A stretch of DNA of 64,000 nucleotides from Phoronis australis (Eukaryota > Animalia > Phoronida). Where the stretch lies: assembly GCA_002633005.1 (NCBI GenBank), contig NMRA01000019.1:708343-772342 (forward strand), given 5' to 3'. Below, one piece after another: positions 58,401 through 64,000 of this stretch. Below the pieces are notes generated by a model. That model saw only the letters and a program-made list of their open reading frames with translations, had not been told where the DNA came from and did no database searches. Position 1 is the first letter of the stretch, and the number at the start of each line of letters is the position of its first letter. Made by a program: the position numbers and the translations under genes.

Positions 58401-60157
58401 AAAAGCGTGGAAGGCACTATTTGTTACTGAGAAGAGATATGTTAAAATTTGTCGAGGTTTCCGTGTCACTACGGTAGAAATTATTTGACACTATAATTTG
58501 CTAATTTTATTGTATGGTTCAGAAACAAAGGTATTGAAACAGTTCATAACAAGTTCTGCAAACATCTGTTGGCAGAAGTATTACTGAGGCATTGGTTTAC
58601 AGACCTCCAATCACACAGTAATAAAATGATATATTAAAATGTGTAATAACGCACAATATGAGGCGGAGGAATTTAATAGACCGTATTGGACTTTAAAGGT
58701 GAAGAAAGTTGCGCTTGAACATGGCTTTGGAGTGGGGTGGGTGTACCAAGGCAAAGGAGAATATTATCTATAAGTAGCGATGCACTGTAATGGACGTGTA
58801 AGATTGGGAAAATAAAACTTCCTCCGTGTCGTTAGATCTGTATAAACTCGTTAAAAATAAGACGAGAATAACAGTTGCCTACGAATGACCTCTTGTAATA
58901 CACACGACTTAAGGTTTACGGGCCTACGTCCAAGTGTTTCATTTATAGGTGGATGCAACTATCCGTTGTATATGCGCATGTCCTAATTGCGAGTTTTATG
59001 AATGTCATTGGACATGTCATTTTAGTTAATCGAATACTCCGCAACGTCTACTGCTTTATAACGGATCAATCAAGTGTTAGTCACATAAAATAATAAAAAT
59101 CACCCATACGTTTTTGCTCAGACGCTTCACACGCCCCTAATTTTAGATATAGGCGCTGCTTCACACATGGGAGCTTGGAATAAATATGCGTATATATATG
59201 GTTAACAAAAACAGTGTCAACTCAAGAAACATGCGTGTTTTGTGGTGATAATCAAATGCCGTGAAATTAGAGTCGTTTTAGCTTCTAGTTTGTATATTCT
59301 TTTCGCTGTCTGGTTTTTGTCACTATATGCGAGAAAGACGAAAATCCATGCGACATAAGTCTTTTACGCGTGTATAAACCACTACCCATATTTCAACATA
59401 GGTGATATAACCTACTTACAAATGTACATTCTAAAATTAGACTGTGTACTGGAGACCTCGGCGTACAGTTGCTTTAAATAGAATTTACTATCCTGATGTA
59501 CGAAAACTCGTTATTCACGCATTGACAAGCTCACAAAAATGAGCACAGACAGGCCCACTGAAGCAGTCGTTAACGAACACTCCTGCGGGAAAATATCAGT
59601 TCCCGTTTACTGACTGGCCAAATATTAACTACTGGAGAACTTCTCTTAAATTTCAAGTAGCTATCACCCCTTAAACTAGTCGGTGGCGACAAATGTGGCC
59701 TGTGGTGGTTGAAAAAAGACGTTGAATGTATTTCATACGCATGACGTCCATAGCAACAGTTTAACAATGACACGTGACACCGACAGCGTTTAAGTTGATA
59801 TTACTAACTCTCTACGATCTCATATTACATCACGCAATCGCAAACTATTTCTCATGTGACGGTGTCGTTTTATGTTGGTCTAAAGCAGAAACTTATTTGA
59901 AGAAAATCCTTGAAATGGAACAAATCCCGCGAAAGTTTACCTCCATTTGGTCCTCCTATTTTGAAACCAAGTTTTCACTTGTGCATCTGTCATTTTGAGG
60001 GACTTTGCTAGACTTGATCGTTCGGCCGAAGCGAGATATTTTTGTCGGTGAAATCGCTTTTCTAATTCAACGATTTGAAGCCTTGAAAAGGACGTTCGTG
60101 GTTTTTTCCTCTTTGGTGGAGTTCTGTTCTGATACGGGTGTCCTATACGTCTCGTCA
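55440..60157 (-). CDS. TLX: T-cell leukemia homeobox (Tlx/Hox11, NK class) transcription factor; last two exons, first coding exon not found in the window
   Basis: Exon 60157-59941 encodes [72 protein letters not shown]. Exon 55692-55440 continues in phase with [25 protein letters not shown]...[19 protein letters not shown]...TAA. These are diagnostic Tlx motifs. Confidence 0.96.
56042..56262. mobile_element. Fold-back element with about 80-bp inverted arms (Penelope-like remnant or MITE) in the Tlx intron
   Basis: The left arm cgtttcgagcgatgcgct...cgcacaggtgacc pairs with the right arm ggtcacctgtgcg...agcgcatcgcttgaaacg. Confidence 0.75.
57380..57560. mobile_element. Short GC-rich MITE-like element
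   Basis: Inverted ends ggcggatttagg / cctagatccgcc. Confidence 0.6.
58430..58860 (+). mobile_element. Highly decayed non-LTR retrotransposon fragment
   Basis: attttattgtatggttcagaa...attgaaacagttcataacaagttctgcaaacatctgttggc reads [20 protein letters not shown], a post-RT LINE motif, with frameshifts. Confidence 0.55.
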
Positions 60158-61109
60158 CTGAAAAGAATTAGGAAGGTGTTAAAGCATGCGGAACTGATTA
60201 CAGAAAAAAAATCGAGAGAAATGATTTGTCCGTTATTAAGTCAAAACAACAAAAAATGTCGATTGGGGTATTCGAAACAAAAACAGCCCAATAGAAAATA
60301 TGAAGACTATGTCCTGTCCAAAAATGCTTCGAAAGTTGAAAAATGGCCAATGCACTTTCCAGGTTAGGGGTGTAAATATGTGATTGCAAACTTTGCAGTA
60401 ATCTCCCTCTATTGAGGCTCGTACACTCCATTTTGCCTTACAGTTTCTCGGAAAAACTTCACTATTATTCTTACATGTGCCGGCCTACAATGTTGCAGTA
60501 ATGTCAGTTAATAAAATGATAATCAACTGCCAAATCGCACGCATTTCCTATACAGATACCGAATGGAATTTTGGTCTTATGTTAATTACTTTTCTAATTG
60601 AAAAATCCTGCCCACACGCTAAATTATGAAAACAAAATGTAAATGCCTGTATCGGGTAGACACTGGTTTTAACCTTTATTACGAAAAGTTTGATCCGTAC
60701 GTCACCGTGTGTCGTGCTTAATTCGGAATTAAAATTAAAAAGAAAATAACTTAATAATTTATGACGATAGATAGCGGCCTTGACCTTTTGCATGTGCTTT
60801 AAGGAACTGTTGGTGTCGCACTTTCCATAAGTACAGTTCGTTTCTTTAACGCTGGTCTTACGATTTGTCTTTGAATTTGTTTTGGTTGTTGCTTAGACAA
60901 ATAGCATTCCTTATAAAGAACTTGGTGACAGAACATTATCGATGGCAAGGTTGCTGCCACCGACGTCCACGTCCACATTAGCAGGGAGTCACTCTAGCTA
61001 TAATCAGATAACGACAGCGGGACAAAAATTGAGAGAAGGTTTTTTTTAAATCCGTTGTGTTTTTTGTGGTTTGCATCAATTCTCACCGTTTTCTGTCAGA
61101 CATTCGCTA

Positions 61110-62300
61110 AAATCAATTCTGGTGATTTTACCCAACTACAGATTTAGACGTGTTCTACCATCGGTAAACCAGAGGCCCGTGCATAATCTATTGTTAGACC
61201 ATTTCAATGACATAACCTCGAAACATATACTTCCTTTCAGGACACGGATATTCCCATCAGTACCCCTGGATACTTCAAAAAGCCTTGATAATGGAACTTC
61301 TGAGGGTTGTCTGCTTATTGAACTTTCGAAAGCGTTTGACTACTTGTCACACAAAGCGCTTTTTTCAAGACAGTACGCTTACGGTATTTCTCTCGAGAGT
61401 AGCCACCTTCTTCATAATGTGAAAAGAGGCAACGTGAAGGAAAGAAGTAAATTGGAAAATGACTTCAAAGGAATCTACAAAGCTCTTTACATGGTCCCTT
61501 CTATTTGACATATTTAAATGACTTTTTACTACCTGTCTGCAGACGACAAAACTAACACTACAATGTTTTTGCATGAAAAGTTATTAGTTATCCGGGAAAA
61601 CATAACTCTGTCAATAGACTGGTTTGAATCAAAGCACATGGTCGTAAACACAGAACAATTCCAAGGACTCTTTTTGATAAAAGATACACCGCTCAATGAT
61701 TTGATAGTAAAAACATATACTTCAATGTCCACAAATTGTCAAGGTTCTTCCTGTATATATTGACAACAAATTAAGTTGTGATACCCACATCGATCACACA
61801 ATGTAAAGAAGTGCCTTCCGTTTGAGGCGTTTCTTCCAAACAAATGATTTCCATACATTCTCGGGATCCTACGTCAGATACTGTGCTACTGAATAGTTCT
61901 GTCATAGTATTTCAAATTGAAGGAAGATTGAACCATTTTCACGCAGAGCTCTTCGCTTGTTTTTAAGTTGTACCTCAAGTTACAATGAACTTTTGTTCAG
62001 AGCAAACTGCTTGCCAGTAGTCTTTGAACCGTGGACGCATCTGTACATTGATGGTTCTAAGCATCTAGACGAAACTGGTCAATGTAGCTTGCGGAAAATA
62101 TTATTTCATTTTCAAAAATAGTCCCTGCTCTTAAGAAACGAATGTATTTTCACTGTCCGGACTTCCATGCAAAAAGATTTGGCTCCAGCTCTTTGCTTTA
62201 TGAAGGTGTGAAACTTTAAAATGATCTTCCAAATACGTTGAATAAATTGATAACGCAGACTGTCTCGAATCAGTTAAAAACATCCTTTACTATACGATTG
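61110..62300 (+). mobile_element. Decayed CR1/L2-type LINE reverse transcriptase remnant in Tlx intron 1
   Basis: Broken frames give NYR..VLP, LDNG..GCLLIELSKAFD.LSH, YYLSADD and WF.S..MVVN..FQ: RT motifs with frameshifts and stops. Confidence 0.8.
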
Positions 62301-62690
62301 GAAATCGTGAAACATGCAGATTACTTCTTTAGATTTTTAGGGTGATGAAACTCTAGATTAACTAAGTACTGTATGCTTTGACATGTTAGGTAGGAATCTA
62401 TTGTTATGTAAGTAATGTATTGATTTTTCACAAAATTTTGTTTTAGGTTTAAATTTGTGATCGGCAACTAGTTGTTGAGCTAATGTTTATTGTTATATTT
62501 CTCCGATTTAAAATACATTCTTTCTCTGCTCCATCTCGAGTACTCTACTAGTACTCAACTTTTACAGCTAAAGGGGCAATAAACCGGTGCGCCATCTGTT
62601 GATTAGACTACTCGTCGTTAGAAAAGCGGGAAATGAGAATGGTTTCAAGGCTTGAGAAGAACTGACAATTCATCGCTTTACTTGAGACTG

Positions 62691-62939
62691 GGCACATGGG
62701 GTATTGAAAAGGCACATGGGGGTATTGCAAAGGCACATGGAGTATTGCAAAGGCACATAGAGTATTGCAAAGGCACATGGAGTATTGCAAAGGCACATGG
62801 GGTATTGCAAAGGCCCATAAAGTATTGCAAAGGCACATGGAGTATTGCAAAGGCACATGGAGTATTGCAAAGGCACATGGGGGTATTGCAAAGGCACATA
62901 GAGTATTGCAAAGGCACGTGGAGTACTGCAAAGGCACAT
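62691..62939. repeat. 20/21-bp minisatellite (gcaaaggcacatggagtatt)n, about 12 copies
   Basis: Directly visible tandem array; source of five overlapping spurious ORFs. Confidence 0.95.
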
Positions 62940-63676
62940 TTCATTCACCAGAAGGAAGTATAATAACTGGAATTGCTAATATTTTTGCAGTTTAGTAATT
63001 GAAAGTACTGCAAAATCTTGTGTCGAACTCTAAATAGGGAGGGCAAGCAATTTTCCAATAAAGTAGAAATTTGAGGTGGTTGGTAGCTATATATATGGTG
63101 TGCACACGATTCGTAGTTTAGTTGTTGACATTACTGCAAAAAACTTTGGTTCGATATCTTTTTGGGCGTCACATAGTATATGCATGTGTATACATGCGCG
63201 AACTCAGGGTGGCTAGGGGTGTCGAACGAGCCCCCCTCATTTGGCGAAGTGGGCAAAAAGGCCCACTTCTAAGAAACAAAAACTCCGAAAAAGTAGAAAA
63301 CGAGACAAACGTCCACTAAAAAGCCATGAACTATCAAAATTAGACGAATGTACAATTCAAAGCTGTGAATGCACGGTACCCCGTGAATCTTAGTATATAG
63401 GGTCCACGTTCTTAAAAAGTCGAGCTCCCCATATGTGCATGTGTATATATATTTATATGTAGATTTACATATATATGTACATATATATGTACATATATAC
63501 AGATTTTCTTCATTTGATCTCATGACTATCAGCCCAAAGTACAATATATAAACAAGTACACAGATGTGTTTTTCACACTGGTCACTAATACAAAAGTTGC
63601 TCCTCATTTTTACAAAGGCAGAGTTTGCAGATTTTACAACTGAGGTATCAGACGTACTTTACATTCTTAGGCAACA

Positions 63677-63775
63677 GTCGGATATAACGTGCCCGTATTT
63701 TGAGAACCTGAGTTTGATACCCGTTATTCAGTGGAGAAACTGGATATCGTAATTCGGGCACGTTATATATCCGAC
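63677..63775. repeat. About 100-bp inverted-repeat mini element
   Basis: gtcggatataacgtgcccg ... cgggcacgttatatatccgac. Confidence 0.7.
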
Positions 63776-64000
63776 CATTACCCATTCAAATACAATGTAT
63801 GCAAAGAAGGATTTGTCCACAGGCTTTCAGCTAAATACTCAGCTCTGATTTTAGAGAAAGCATCGCAAACTTATAAAAAGTAGAATTCACCTTTGCGAGC
63901 ACAGCCTACACATTATGTTCTCGTATCCAATGTTCAAATTACGACCAGTTTCTATTGCTAGTCTGTAGTTTGCACTGCGACGACGTTCAAAATTTTATAC

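Noticed and set aside
60160-64000. Tlx first coding exon (eh1 and FPW-type motifs)
   Set aside because: Not found in the window; the region holds a LINE remnant and repeats, so exon 1 probably lies beyond 64000.

Overview
Intron-rich, AT-rich eukaryotic (animal) genomic DNA with three N-gaps and two isolated Ns. The gene and repeat style suggests a marine invertebrate bilaterian, probably a lophotrochozoan (inference). I reconstructed five protein-coding genes by hand, checking splice phase at every junction: (1) the 3' part of an unnamed + strand gene encoding a SAM-like domain, a long Ser/Thr/Pro-rich region and a C-terminal CCHC zinc knuckle (318-8188); (2) PUS1, tRNA pseudouridine synthase, on the - strand (about 38603-10783, 13-14 coding exons); (3) an LRR transmembrane receptor gene with an intronless CDS (22274-24109, +), nested antisense in an 11 kb PUS1 intron; (4) PIGS, GPI transamidase subunit (46331-42932, -); (5) the last two exons of a Tlx homeobox gene (60157-55440, -). 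The introns hold tRNA-derived SINEs, LINE remnants, THAP-bearing DNA transposon relics, MITEs (including a piggyBac nested in another MITE), minisatellites and a 2.3 kb near-identical duplication that is probably an uncollapsed haplotype. The most notable observations are a U12-type (minor spliceosome) PUS1 intron whose branch-point motif is amplified into a 14-bp tandem array, a possible uORF switch between mitochondrial and nuclear PUS1 starts, head-on poly(A) signals of convergent genes, and the nested LRR receptor. There are no prokaryotic features and no CRISPR array.
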